Of a stretch of DNA of 64,000 nucleotides, positions 38,917 through 49,184 are shown piece after piece (the first letter of the stretch is position 1; every line of letters starts with the position of its first letter). The notes under the pieces were generated by a model that searched no databases, had not been told where the DNA came from, and saw only the letters and a program-made list of their open reading frames with translations. The position numbers and the translations under genes were made by a program. The stretch is from Alphaproteobacteria bacterium (GTDB lineage: Bacteria; Pseudomonadota; Alphaproteobacteria; JAAXGF01): positions 2,336,001 through 2,400,000 of the forward strand of contig CAUVXB020000001.1 of assembly GCA_963555825.3 (NCBI GenBank), in the 5' to 3' direction.

Positions 38917-39453
38917 GCCCGGCCTTCTCACCATGGACAGGCGCGTCATCGCGTCGGGCGGCGCCGATCCGCCAGAAGAAGGCCGCCGCGCGTAGCCCGG
39001 GCTACGCGCAAGGCCTTCGACGCCGCGGGCGGCCCGCCCGGCGCGACCCTTAAGGGCAGTGGATCTCGGACGACAGGCGGCGTCAAAGCGCTTGCCCGAT
39101 GCGCGAGTACTCACTTGCACGATTCCACGGTACGTAGGACGGCCTTGCGCGGTCGTCCGGCAAGGCGCCCGGCGCGCCGTGATGCTGGGCGCATCACAAG
39201 CGCCGGGCAACGCCGCCGGCGGCCGCGCAAGGCCGCCCTGCGGGTCGCGTTTCCCATCCCCTCGGGGCGTCGGGAACGCTCTGCGATGCCCAGGCATCGC
39301 CGTCACGCCCCCGCCTGCCGAGGAAACGGGAAACGCGATCCTGCGTGCCGTGGAATCGTGCAAGGGAGTACTGGCATCGTGGCCTGCACGCTTTTCCTCG
39401 CCTGTCGTCCGATATCCACCGTGCCGCACCTGTCCATGGTGAGAAGTCCGGGC
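38917..39453. mobile_element. MITE-like element D (537 bp) flanked by TA
   Basis: 29-bp TIR GCCCGG(C/A)CTTCTCACCATGGACAGG(C/T)GCG. Confidence 0.85.
39110..39368. mobile_element. Nested MITE-like element E inside D
   Basis: 30-bp TIR CTC(A/C)CTTGCACGATTCCACGG(T/C)ACG(T/C)AGGA with TA on both sides. Confidence 0.7.
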
Positions 39454-41081
39454 TAGTAATTCGCCACGGTGCCGATGCCGAAGCCGCGCTGGTCGTTGCT
39501 GATCTGGCAGCCCTCGAAGCCGGTCTTGTACTCGGCCATACAGCTGATCGCATTGACACGGCCGAGCTCGGTCACGCCCAATACCTTGTAGCCGCGCCGG
39601 CTCAGCCCCTGCAGGCGCGCGCCCTGTTCGGTCGTCTCATAGATGACGACGTCGGGAAAACCGCCGTGATGGATGCGGGGCGTCTTGATCGCGACATCCA
39701 GCGGCTCGCCGTCGATCAGCGTGCGCGCCATGACCTCGGCCAGCGCCGACGGCGCCGCGGCGCCGCCCGACGCGGCGCCGGCGAACAGCACCTGTTTGGT
39801 GTCATGGCTGACCAGCAGAACCGGCGTCTGCGACGACGTCTCGCGCCCAGCGGACGACGGCGCCGCCGCCAGAACGATACCGGTACCCGCCGCGATGCGG
39901 CCGATGCCGAACAGGCTGTTGAGCGTGATCGTACACGCCACCGCGCCGCCGTCGCCATCGATGACGACGAAGCTCGACCCCGCCGGGCTCTCGCGGAAGG
40001 CGACCGGCTGCGACGGCAGCGACCCGGCCGGCGTGCGCGCATCGGGCCGGTAATCGGCCATCAGGTCCTCGGCCCGGTCCTCGGAAATCTGTTCGGCGAT
40101 CGGCATGGTGGTACCGCGATCAGCGAAGGCGCGCATGCCGATGGCGGCGAGCAGATGGCCGCGCTCGTCGTCGGCGGCCCCATCGTAACGCCCGCCGTCG
40201 GTCAGCATGTTCCACATCTGCAAAAGAATGACGCCGCCGGCGCCAGGCGGCGGCACCACGTGCATGCGCTCGAACTCGTAGCGCAGCCAGATCGAATCGC
40301 GCCATACCGGGCGGTATTCGCGCATGTCCTCGATGGTCAGCGACCCACCCGCCGCCTGCGTCGCCTCGACCAGCTTGCGCGCCAGATCGCCGTTGTAGAA
40401 GGTGCCGGGCCCACGCGTGCGGATAATCGTCAAGAGCGCGGCAAGATCGAGCTGGACCAGGGAATCGCCCTCTTGCAGCGGCGTCCCGTCGGGCCGGGCG
40501 AACAGCTTCGCCATGACCGGATCGGCGAACAGCGGGCCCGCCACCAACGCGATGTCGCGGGCCAGCGCACGCGAAATCGGATGGCCGATGCGCGCCATCT
40601 GCTCGGCCTGGCCCAGCAGCTGGCGCCACTGCAGCCGGCCATAGCGGGCCTGCAGGGCGTACATGCCACGCGGCGCCGCCGGCACGGCGTTGTTGACCGT
40701 CGCCCCGGCGCGCACGGCATTCGGCGCGGTCGCCGGAAACTCGAGCGCCTCGACGCGGTTTTCATCCGGGTCGTAGACCAGGCACGCGCCGCCGCCGCCC
40801 AGCGCGGCGCCCGCCGGATAGGTCACCGCCGAGGTGAAATAGAGCGCCACCGCGGCGTCGGCCGCATTGCCGCCCGATGCCAATATGTTGCGCGCCGCCA
40901 CCACGGAATTCGGTTCGTCGCCGACGACACCGCCGAAATAGCTCTGCTGCAGGCCGAGCGCACGCAAGGTGCCGCGCTCGGCGCATGCGCCTAGAACGAG
41001 GCCGGCAAGCACGAGGGCGGCGCATTGACGCCACCAGAGACCATGACTACGTTGCCTGAAGAGTCTAAAGCCGAATGACAT
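39453..41081 (-). CDS. Gamma-glutamyltransferase-like lipoprotein
   Basis: Lipobox [23 protein letters not shown]; start uncertain. Confidence 0.8.
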   Translation of the reverse strand: MSFGFRLFRQRSHGLWWRQCAALVLAGLVLGACAERGTLRALGLQQSYFGGVVGDEPNSVVAARNILASGGNAADAAVALYFTSAVTYPAGAALGGGGACLVYDPDENRVEALEFPATAPNAVRAGATVNNAVPAAPRGMYALQARYGRLQWRQLLGQAEQMARIGHPISRALARDIALVAGPLFADPVMAKLFARPDGTPLQEGDSLVQLDLAALLTIIRTRGPGTFYNGDLARKLVEATQAAGGSLTIEDMREYRPVWRDSIWLRYEFERMHVVPPPGAGGVILLQMWNMLTDGGRYDGAADDERGHLLAAIGMRAFADRGTTMPIAEQISEDRAEDLMADYRPDARTPAGSLPSQPVAFRESPAGSSFVVIDGDGGAVACTITLNSLFGIGRIAAGTGIVLAAAPSSAGRETSSQTPVLLVSHDTKQVLFAGAASGGAAAPSALAEVMARTLIDGEPLDVAIKTPRIHHGGFPDVVIYETTEQGARLQGLSRRGYKVLGVTELGRVNAISCMAEYKTGFEGCQISNDQRGFGIGTVANY

Positions 41082-42435
41082 GAACAATATACTCGCCCGA
41101 TCGATCACACTGCTGTTGTTCGCCGCCGCGGTGACCCTCGCGACAACCGCCTGGGCCGCGAAGCTTTCGTTCATCCGCGACGCGGAAATCGAAACTACCA
41201 TCCGCAACTACGCCACGCCACTATTCACGGCCGCCGGGTTGGAAGCCGAGGCAGTGCGCGTTCATCTGGTCAACGATCGCGCGCTCAACGCTTTCGTCGC
41301 CGGCGGCATGAACCTGTTCATCAACACCGGGTTGTTGATGCGCGTCGAATCGCCGAGCCAGCTGATTGGCGTCATCGCCCACGAAACCGGCCACATTGCC
41401 GGCGGCCATCTGGCACGCACCGAGGAGGCTCTGCGCGGCGCAAATGCGACGACCATACTGGCCTATGTGCTCGGCGCGGCGGCCGCCGTCGCGGGTTCGG
41501 GCGACGCCGCCATCGCGATCATCGCCGGCGGCCAGTCGATCGGCCGGCAGAGCGTCCTGCAATACAGCCGCACCCAGGAACGCTCGGCCGATCAGTTCGC
41601 CGTCACGACGCTCGAGCGGACCGGCCAGTCGTCGCGCGGCCTCTTGACGTTCCTCGAAATTCTCGGCGACCAGGACGTCCTGCCGACGAGCCAGCAGGCG
41701 CAATATGCGCGCTCTCACCCACTTGCGCAGGACCGTGTGAACTTCGTGCGCAACCACGTCGCCGGCTCGCGCTTCTCCGACGTCGAAGACACGCCCGAGA
41801 ACGTCACGGCGTTCCACCGCATGCAAGCCAAGCTGTACGGCTTCCTCGACCCGACCGGCCGGGTGCTCAAGCGGTTCCCGGAAACCGACACCAGCGTCGA
41901 GGCGCGCTATGCCCGGTCGGTCGCCTATTACCGGCGGGTCGACATTCCGAACGCGCTCGCCGAGGTCGATTCGCTGATCGCCGAGGACCCGGCCGACCCC
42001 TATTTCCACGAGCTCAAGGGCCAGATTCTGTTCGAGAACGGCCGCATCCTCGAGGCAGCCGTATCCTATCAGGCCGCGGTCGAGCGTCTGCCCGCCTCGG
42101 CGCTGCTGCGCGTCGGCCTGGCGAGCGCGTTGATCGAGGCCGGCGACCCGGTGATGCTCGGCGCGGCGCGCGACCACCTCGAGACGGCGGTGTCGCTGAA
42201 CCACGACAACCCGACCACCTGGCGCCTCCTCAGCATCGTCTACGGCCGCAGCGACGACCCGGGCCGCTCGGCCCTCGCGAGTGCCGAGTTCGCGCTGCTC
42301 ACCGGCCGTTACAAGGACGCCATTCGGTTCGCCGACCGTGCCGACCAATTCCTGCCGTTCGGCTCACCGACCCAGCTGCGCGTCGAGGACATCCGCTACG
42401 CGGCCAAGAACGCGCTCAAGAAAAAGAAGCGGTGA
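41080..42435 (+). CDS. M48 metallopeptidase with TPR region (BepA-like)
   Basis: IRDAEIE, NAFVAGG, HETGH, QERSAD, SHP. Confidence 0.92.
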   Translation: MNNILARSITLLLFAAAVTLATTAWAAKLSFIRDAEIETTIRNYATPLFTAAGLEAEAVRVHLVNDRALNAFVAGGMNLFINTGLLMRVESPSQLIGVIAHETGHIAGGHLARTEEALRGANATTILAYVLGAAAAVAGSGDAAIAIIAGGQSIGRQSVLQYSRTQERSADQFAVTTLERTGQSSRGLLTFLEILGDQDVLPTSQQAQYARSHPLAQDRVNFVRNHVAGSRFSDVEDTPENVTAFHRMQAKLYGFLDPTGRVLKRFPETDTSVEARYARSVAYYRRVDIPNALAEVDSLIAEDPADPYFHELKGQILFENGRILEAAVSYQAAVERLPASALLRVGLASALIEAGDPVMLGAARDHLETAVSLNHDNPTTWRLLSIVYGRSDDPGRSALASAEFALLTGRYKDAIRFADRADQFLPFGSPTQLRVEDIRYAAKNALKKKKR

Positions 42436-43922
42436 GGGCCGCGCCGCGCTTCGTTCTCGCGCTCGACCAGGGCACGACGTCAAGCCGCGCGATCCTGTTC
42501 GACGCCGCCGGCGCGCCGGCCGGCGTCGCCCAGCAGGAATTCGCGCAACACTACCCGGCCGACGGCTGGGTCGAGCATGACGCCGACGACATTTGGCGGT
42601 CGACACTGGAGGTCGCGCGCGCGGCGCTCGACGGCGCCGGCGTCGCCGCGACCGAGATCGCCGCCGTCGGCATCACCAACCAGCGCGAAACGACCGTCGT
42701 CTGGGAACGCGCCACCGGCGCACCGATCGCGCGCGCGATCGTCTGGCAGGATCGCCGCACCGCGCAATTGTGCGCCCGGCTCGTCGCCAACGGCCACGCC
42801 GAAACGATCCGGGCCAAGACCGGGCTGGTCGTCGACGCCTACTTCTCGGCCAGCAAGATCGCCTGGCTGCTCGACAACGTCGCCGGCGCGCGGGCGCGGG
42901 CGGAACGCGGCGAACTCGCCTTCGGCACGGTCGACAGCTTCCTCCTGTGGCGGCTAACGGGCGGCCGTGTCCACGCCACCGACGCGACCAATGCCAGCCG
43001 AACCATGCTGTTCGACATCCATCGCCAGGATTGGGACGACGAACTCCTCACGCTGTTCAACGTGCCGCGCGCCATGCTGCCCGAGGTGCGCGATTCGAGC
43101 GCCGACTTCGGCGCCACCGAGCCGGACCTGTTCGGGGCGGCAGTGCCGATCACCGGCATCGCCGGCGACCAGCAGGCGGCGGCGTTCGGCCAGGCGTGCC
43201 ACACGCCGGGCATGATCAAATCGACGTACGGCACCGGCTGCTTCGCCCTGTTGAACACCGGCGAGACCGCGGTCGCCTCGCGCAACCGGCTGCTGACGAC
43301 GGTCGGCTATCGCCTCGGCGGACGGCCGGCCTACGCGCTCGAGGGCAGCATCTTCGTCGCCGGCGCGGCGATCAAATGGCTGCGCGACAGGCTCGGCCTG
43401 ATCGACCACGCTGGGGAAACCGCGGCGATGGCGGCAAAAGGCGGCGGCGGGGGCGTCTTTCTGGTGCCCGCCTTCGTCGGCCTCGGCGCGCCCTATTGGG
43501 ACGCCGACGCGCGCGGCGCCATCGTCGGCATGACACTGGACACCGGCCGCGACGACATCGTCCGCGCCGCACTCGAGGCGGTCGCCTACCAGACCCGCGA
43601 CCTGATGGAAGCGATGACCGCCGATGGCGCGGTGACGCCCGTCGCGGTGCGCGTCGACGGCGGCATGGCGGTCAATGACTGGGCCATGCAGTTCCTGGCC
43701 GACATGCTGGGTACCCCGGTCGAACGGCCGACCGTGACCGAAACGACGGCGCGCGGCGCGGCCTATCTCGCCGGCCTCCACACCGGCTTCTTCGATGGTC
43801 TCGAGGCGATCGCGGGGCAGTGGCGCAGCGATCGATTGTTCGAGCCGGCGATGGGCGCCGACGAGCGCGAAACCCGCTACGCCGGCTGGCGCGCCGCGGT
43901 GGCGCGCGTACGCGGCGCCTGA
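42432..43922 (+). CDS. glpK: Glycerol kinase
   Basis: [33 protein letters not shown]. Confidence 0.96.
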   Translation: MRAAPRFVLALDQGTTSSRAILFDAAGAPAGVAQQEFAQHYPADGWVEHDADDIWRSTLEVARAALDGAGVAATEIAAVGITNQRETTVVWERATGAPIARAIVWQDRRTAQLCARLVANGHAETIRAKTGLVVDAYFSASKIAWLLDNVAGARARAERGELAFGTVDSFLLWRLTGGRVHATDATNASRTMLFDIHRQDWDDELLTLFNVPRAMLPEVRDSSADFGATEPDLFGAAVPITGIAGDQQAAAFGQACHTPGMIKSTYGTGCFALLNTGETAVASRNRLLTTVGYRLGGRPAYALEGSIFVAGAAIKWLRDRLGLIDHAGETAAMAAKGGGGGVFLVPAFVGLGAPYWDADARGAIVGMTLDTGRDDIVRAALEAVAYQTRDLMEAMTADGAVTPVAVRVDGGMAVNDWAMQFLADMLGTPVERPTVTETTARGAAYLAGLHTGFFDGLEAIAGQWRSDRLFEPAMGADERETRYAGWRAAVARVRGA

Positions 43923-44012
43923 TCAATCCCGCGTGAGCCGCCGCGCGCCTAACTTGTCGGCGCGGGTCGCAGATGGCATGATGGCGCGCCTGTTGTCACG
44001 AGAGGTTTTTCA

Positions 44013-44789
44013 ATGAGCTTGTCGACCGACCATCCCTTCCGGCGCCTGGCTATTGGCGTAGTCTCGTTCCTCGCGATCACCGTCATGACGGTGGGAGCGG
44101 CGCGCGCCGAGCACAAGGTGACGACGCCCGAGCAGGCCGACATCGAGGGTGCGATCCACCAGTACCTGCTCGAGCACCCCGAGGTGATCATCGAGGCGGT
44201 CGAGATCCTGCGTGAGCGCGAGCAGGCCGGCAAGGTGGCCGGCGCGCGCGAGCAGATCGAGCTGCAGCGCGAAACGCTGATCAACGACCCGACTTCGCCA
44301 ATCGGCGGCAACCCCGATGGCGACGTCACGCTGGTCGAGTTCTTCGATTATCACTGCGGCTATTGCAAGCGCGTGCTCGGCGACATGCTGGTGCTGCTCG
44401 ACGACGATCCCAACGTGCGCGTCGTATACAAGGAATTCCCGATACTCGGCCCGCAGTCGGTCACCGCCGCGCGCATCGCGCTCGCCGCCAACCGTCAGGA
44501 CCCCGCCAAGTACATGGACTTCCACGTCGCGCTGATGGCCAGCCGCGCGCGGCTCAACGAGGATCGCGCTTTTCAGATGGCGCGCGAGATGGGCTTCGAC
44601 GTCGACGGTCTCAAGGCCGACATGAACTCGGACGAAATCAGCCGGATAATCCAGGACAATATCGAACTGGCCCGCGCACTCGGCATCAACGGCACGCCGA
44701 GCTTCATCATCGGCGACCAACTGGTCCCCGGCGCGGTCAGCCTCGACACGCTCAAGGAACTGATCGCGCGCGCGCGCGCCGCCAGCTAA
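44013..44789 (+). CDS. DsbA/Com1-family thiol-disulfide oxidoreductase
   Basis: EFFDYHCGYCK, GINGTP. Confidence 0.92.
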   Translation: MSLSTDHPFRRLAIGVVSFLAITVMTVGAARAEHKVTTPEQADIEGAIHQYLLEHPEVIIEAVEILREREQAGKVAGAREQIELQRETLINDPTSPIGGNPDGDVTLVEFFDYHCGYCKRVLGDMLVLLDDDPNVRVVYKEFPILGPQSVTAARIALAANRQDPAKYMDFHVALMASRARLNEDRAFQMAREMGFDVDGLKADMNSDEISRIIQDNIELARALGINGTPSFIIGDQLVPGAVSLDTLKELIARARAAS

Positions 44790-44964
44790 CGCATAGTCCG
44801 ATCGATAGAAACCGGTCGGTTTACTTCAGCCCGCGCCAGTTCTGGTGGGACAAAAGGGGGGCCGCCGACCGTTCGGCCACCCTTGATCCCATAAGATTGG
44901 CGTGCGCGGCGATTGAGCGCAGGTCGTCTTTACGTAAGTCAAAGATGACCGCACAAATGATTAG
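44787..44964 (+). repeat. Structured intergenic repeat family A, copy 3
   Basis: Fills the gap between two convergent stop codons. Confidence 0.9.
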
Positions 44965-45617
44965 CGCAGCCTGTCGCGCGCGATGACGATGGAATTCAGG
45001 AAGCCAGGCGCCGTCGTCTCGTCGTCGTAGTCGGCTTGGGCGACGCATGTGACGGCGTTGACGCCGTATTTGTAGCCGTTCTGCTGAATTCCCCAATACG
45101 TCAACGCGGCGATACAGACGCGATCGGCGCAGCCAATCGAGGCATAGAACCAGGTCGATCCGGCGAGCTTCATCGAGCGCGTCGGCGACCAACCGGCGCC
45201 CTGGCCTGTGGCGCAGTGCAAGCGGCGCTTCGACGCCCATTGGGCGACGTTCGCGATGAATGGCAGGTGGCTGCGGAACATCGCCTCGTTGAGCGTGACC
45301 GCGGCGGCGCCGACCGGTGTCTCGGCGCGAACCGCGTAGACGTTGCCGCGCGCTTCGGCCTCGCTGATTCGCGGATCGGGCGGCGACATGCGTTTGTAAT
45401 GCTGGTTGCCGTCGAAGGCAGGGTGCCCGATCGCCGCGTCGAAGCTGCAACGCGCCGCCGCGCCGGCGCCCTCGATTGAAATTGGCGCCGCCGCGCAATC
45501 GGCCGGCGTCGCGTCACGCTCGATCAAGGCAATCTGTGCGACGGCGACCGTCGGCTGGAGCAGCAGAAACGCCCCGGCGATGAAAGCGAGCCCCGTCGAT
45601 CGACACCACGCCAGCAT
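44961..45617 (-). CDS. Hypothetical secreted Cys-containing protein
   Basis: Signal-peptide-like N-terminus (AVA-Q); fills the gap; six Cys in the mature part. Confidence 0.6.
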   Translation of the reverse strand: MLAWCRSTGLAFIAGAFLLLQPTVAVAQIALIERDATPADCAAAPISIEGAGAAARCSFDAAIGHPAFDGNQHYKRMSPPDPRISEAEARGNVYAVRAETPVGAAAVTLNEAMFRSHLPFIANVAQWASKRRLHCATGQGAGWSPTRSMKLAGSTWFYASIGCADRVCIAALTYWGIQQNGYKYGVNAVTCVAQADYDDETTAPGFLNSIVIARDRLR

Positions 45618-45748
45618 GCGACACCCCCTTCGGCAACCGGCGCGTACAACGCCACACCATGCCGCGCTTGACAAGCGGCTTGCCGCCGGGCCAGCGTGTC
45701 GGCTCCGCCGCGCCGCCGCGGCGACCGACATTCACGAGGCCGGAAGAG

Positions 45749-46672
45749 ATGACCGAGCAACACCGTATGTGTGGCGTCTTCGCCCCCGTGCTGACGCCCA
45801 TGCGCGACGACCTGAGCCCCGATACCGAGCGCTTCGTGGCGCTGTGCAAATCGCTGCTCGAAGACGGCTGCCACGGCCTGGTTCTGTTCGGCACCACCAG
45901 CGAGGCCAACTCGCTCGGGCTCGACGAGCGCATCGCGCTGACCGAGGCCGTTGTCGACGCCGGCGTCTCGCCCGAGTTGCTGATGGTCGGCACCGGGCTG
46001 TGCGCGTTGCCCGAGACGGTTCGCCTGACGCGCCATGCGGTCGCGCTGGGCTGCGCCGGCGTGCTGATGCTGCCGCCGTTCTATTACAAGGGGATGAGCG
46101 ACGAGGGCCTCTACCGCGCCTTCGCCGAGGTCTTCGACCGCGTCGCCGACGACCGGCTGCGCGTCTACCTCTACCACTTCCCCAAGATATCGGCGGTGGC
46201 GCTCGGCCTCGACCTGATCGAGCGGCTCAGGGCCTCCCATGGCGACACCGTCGCCGGCGTCAAGGACAGCTCGGGCGACTGGTCAAACACCAGCGCGCTG
46301 CTCGAGCGCTTCCCCGGCTTCGGCGTCTTCACGGGCACCGAGACGCTGATGCTCGCGAGCCTCAGGGGCGGCGGGCCAGGCTGCATCTCGGCAACTGCCA
46401 ACATCAACGCGCACGCGCTGCGCGAGCTCTACGACAACTGGCGGACCGCCGACGCCGACGCGATCGACGCGCGCGTCCGCGCGGTGCGCCGGGCGGCCGA
46501 GACCAAGCCGACGATCCCGGGCCTCAAGGCGGTGCTGGCGCGCCAGTTGGGCGACGCCGGCTGGCTCAACCTGCGCCCGCCGCTGGTCGGCCTCGACGCC
46601 GCCCGGCAGGCCGAGCTGTTCGCCGAGCTGGAGGCAGCCGGCTACCGCCTCGCCCGCGCCGCCGCCGAATAG
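45749..46672 (+). CDS. Dihydrodipicolinate synthase-family aldolase
   Basis: FGTTSE, PPFYYK, YLYHFP, GVKDSSGD. Confidence 0.92.
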   Translation: MTEQHRMCGVFAPVLTPMRDDLSPDTERFVALCKSLLEDGCHGLVLFGTTSEANSLGLDERIALTEAVVDAGVSPELLMVGTGLCALPETVRLTRHAVALGCAGVLMLPPFYYKGMSDEGLYRAFAEVFDRVADDRLRVYLYHFPKISAVALGLDLIERLRASHGDTVAGVKDSSGDWSNTSALLERFPGFGVFTGTETLMLASLRGGGPGCISATANINAHALRELYDNWRTADADAIDARVRAVRRAAETKPTIPGLKAVLARQLGDAGWLNLRPPLVGLDAARQAELFAELEAAGYRLARAAAE

Positions 46673-46690
46673 CCGACGCGCCTGCGTGGT

Positions 46691-46853
46691 GGATTAAGTT
46701 CAGCCCGCGCCAATCGTATCCCAACAAGAGGCGGGCCACCGACCGTTCGGCCAATCCTTGTCGGATTAAGAATGGCCTTGTGGGATTAAGATTGGCATGC
46801 GCGGTGATTGATCGCAGGTCACCGAAGGTGACCGTACAAACAAACACGACTAA
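46691..46853 (+). repeat. Structured intergenic repeat family A, copy 4 (first hairpin lost, third shortened)
   Basis: GGCCACCGACCGTTCGGCC core; GGTCACC-GAA-GGTGACC. Confidence 0.85.
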
Positions 46854-48133
46854 CCCACGCTTTCGCCGTGTTGGCCGATGTCGAGGCCTTCGCGCTCAGC
46901 TTCTTCGTCGACGCGCAGCGGGATCACCAAGCCGATCAGCTTGAGCAGCGCGAACGAGACCACGCCACAGTAGGCGACGGTCACGGCGATGCCGTAGATC
47001 TGGGTGCCGATCTGGCCCCAGTTGCCCTCGAGCGCGCCGGACGCACCGCCGACCGCCTCGACCGCGAAGACGCCGGTGAGCAGCGCGCCGACGATGCCGC
47101 CGAGGCCGTGCACGGCGAAGACGTCGAGCGAGTCGTCATAGCCCAGCCTGTGCTTGAGCCAGGTCGCACCCCAGAAGCAGGCGGCGCCGGCGATGACGCC
47201 GATGGCGAGCGCCCCGGCGCCGTCGACGTAGCCCGAGGCCGGCGTGATCGCGACCAGGCCGGCGATCGCGCCCGAGGCGATGCCCAGCACGCTCGGCTTC
47301 TTGTGGATCAGCCACTCGATGAACATCCAGGAAAGCGCCGCGGCGGCGGCGGCGATCTGCGTCACCGCCATGGCCATGCCCGCCGCGCCGTCGGCGGCGA
47401 CCTCCGAGCCGGCGTTGAAGCCGAACCAGCCGACCCACAGCAGCGAGGCGCCGATGACCGTCAGCACCAGGTTGTGCGGCGCCATGTTCTCGCGCCCGTA
47501 GCCGACCCGCTTGCCGAGCACCAGCGCGGCGACCAGGGCGGCGACGCCCGAGTTGATGTGCACCACGGTGCCGCCGGCGAAGTCGAGCACGCCGGCGGCG
47601 CCAACGCCAAGGAAGCCGCCGCCCCACACCCAGTAGCAGATCGGCGCATAGACGATCAGCGACCACAGCCCGACGAACCACAACAGCGCCGAGAATCGCA
47701 TGCGCTCGGCGATCGCCCCGGTGATCAGCGCGGGCGTGATGATGGCGAATGTCATCTGGAAGATCATGAACACCGATTCGGGGATAGTGCCGCTCAGCGC
47801 ATCGGTCGTCAGGCCGCGCAGGAACAGCCGATCGAGGCCGCCGACCAAGGCGCCGCCCGGGCTGAACGCCAGGCTGTAGCCGGCGACCATCCAGACCACC
47901 GTGATCAGGCAGACGACGGTGAACGACTGCATCACCGTGCCGAGCACGTTCTTCTTGCGCACCATGCCGCCATAAAACAGCGCGACGCCCGGAATCGTCA
48001 TCATCAGGACCAGCACCGTCGCGGTCAGCATCCAGGCGGTGTCGCCGCTGTCGAGCGCCGCCGCATCCTGCGCCAACGCCGGCGCCGCCCAGAGCGCGCC
48101 GACAAGGAATAGTCCCGCCACCAAAATTCGCAT
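46850..48133 (-). CDS. amtB: Ammonium transporter
   Basis: GDTAW, FQMTFAIIT, DFAGGTVVH, WFGFNAGS, DDSLDVFAVH. Confidence 0.96.
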   Translation of the reverse strand: MRILVAGLFLVGALWAAPALAQDAAALDSGDTAWMLTATVLVLMMTIPGVALFYGGMVRKKNVLGTVMQSFTVVCLITVVWMVAGYSLAFSPGGALVGGLDRLFLRGLTTDALSGTIPESVFMIFQMTFAIITPALITGAIAERMRFSALLWFVGLWSLIVYAPICYWVWGGGFLGVGAAGVLDFAGGTVVHINSGVAALVAALVLGKRVGYGRENMAPHNLVLTVIGASLLWVGWFGFNAGSEVAADGAAGMAMAVTQIAAAAAALSWMFIEWLIHKKPSVLGIASGAIAGLVAITPASGYVDGAGALAIGVIAGAACFWGATWLKHRLGYDDSLDVFAVHGLGGIVGALLTGVFAVEAVGGASGALEGNWGQIGTQIYGIAVTVAYCGVVSFALLKLIGLVIPLRVDEEAEREGLDIGQHGESVG

Positions 48134-48209
48134 GCCATAGCTCCCAGTCCATGTCCGGCGGCCTGGCGAACGCGCCGGCCACTCGTGGTCTCGATTCACA
48201 GATGAAGAC

Positions 48210-48356
48210 CCAAGAATCGTGCCAATAGCCCAAAGCCATTGGGATTCATGGAATTTCAGGAGGTTCGCACAGGCCGCGGGCACGCGCCCTTACGCCGCCG
48301 GCCAATAATATTGCCTAAATATTAAGCTCTCGAAAAATTTGGTTTATTTTTAGGCA
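48210..48356 (-). promoter_or_regulatory. Sigma54-like promoter and putative NtrC sites for amtB
   Basis: TTGGCAC-GATTC-TTGG at 48225-48210; TTGCCTAAA half-sites at 48311 and 48356. Confidence 0.55.
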
Positions 48357-48384
48357 ATTCCGGCGCCGTCGCCATCGCTATCCG

Positions 48385-48921
48385 GTGTCGGTAGACTGGG
48401 CTTCGATCGGCGCTGGGATGATGGGGAATCGTCGGATGGCTGCTTGCCGCGGGCGCGCAACGGGGACCGGGCTGGCCGAACTGCGGCGCGTTCTCTTCGT
48501 CGTCGCGGTCGGCCTTGTCGTCGTCGGGTGGACACCGGCTACGCGTGCCGATGAGCTTGTCTCGCGCATCGAGGCCCGCGAACTGGGCGGCGCGGCGATG
48601 ACCTTCCTGGTGTTCGGACCCGAGCGCGGCCAGCTGATGTGCTACGTCGACGGCTGGTCGCTGTGGTTCGGGCTTTATCTCGCCTGCGATGATTGCCGGA
48701 TCGAAGCGCCCGACTGCATCCTGTTGTCCACTCTCGACGCCGGCGTGGGCGGCATGCGCGACAAGCTCGGCATCGACCTCCCCTACGCCGCCTTCGGCGA
48801 CACCCGCGTCGTGTTCGACGGCTTCTCGGGCGCCGCGTTGCTCGACCTCTGCCACGCCTTCGCGGCGAGCCTCGCGGAAAGCGACGACCCCGCCGCGCTG
48901 TGCATCGAACCGGTGCCTTAG
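48385..48921 (+). CDS. Hypothetical exported protein
   Basis: Hydrophobic signal-like segment, GC3-biased codons; start uncertain. Confidence 0.55.
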   Translation: MSVDWASIGAGMMGNRRMAACRGRATGTGLAELRRVLFVVAVGLVVVGWTPATRADELVSRIEARELGGAAMTFLVFGPERGQLMCYVDGWSLWFGLYLACDDCRIEAPDCILLSTLDAGVGGMRDKLGIDLPYAAFGDTRVVFDGFSGAALLDLCHAFAASLAESDDPAALCIEPVP

Positions 48922-49053
48922 CGCCTAATCCGATCGATCGAAACCGATCGTATTTACCAGCCCGCGACCGCGGGCCGCCGACCGTTCGGCGAAAGCATGC
49001 GCGGCGACTGAGCGCAGGTCATCTTTACGCAGTAAAGGTGACCGCACAAAAAA
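48919..49053 (+). repeat. Structured intergenic repeat family A, copy 5 (central stem shortened)
   Basis: Both arms of the lower central stem are missing while the apical core is retained. Confidence 0.88.
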
Positions 49054-49184
49054 CGCAACCCTGCGCAACAATCTGCTTGCGATTTCGAAGCATTCGCCGA
49101 ACACTCGCGATTATGGCGTCGGGCCTTCGGGGAAGTTTCCCGATCCGGCCCGAACGGGTGTCGGTGAAGCGGGAGGCGACTGAC

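Noticed and set aside
38914-39456. ORFs across the nested MITE
   Set aside because: No motifs; the region is explained by inverted repeats
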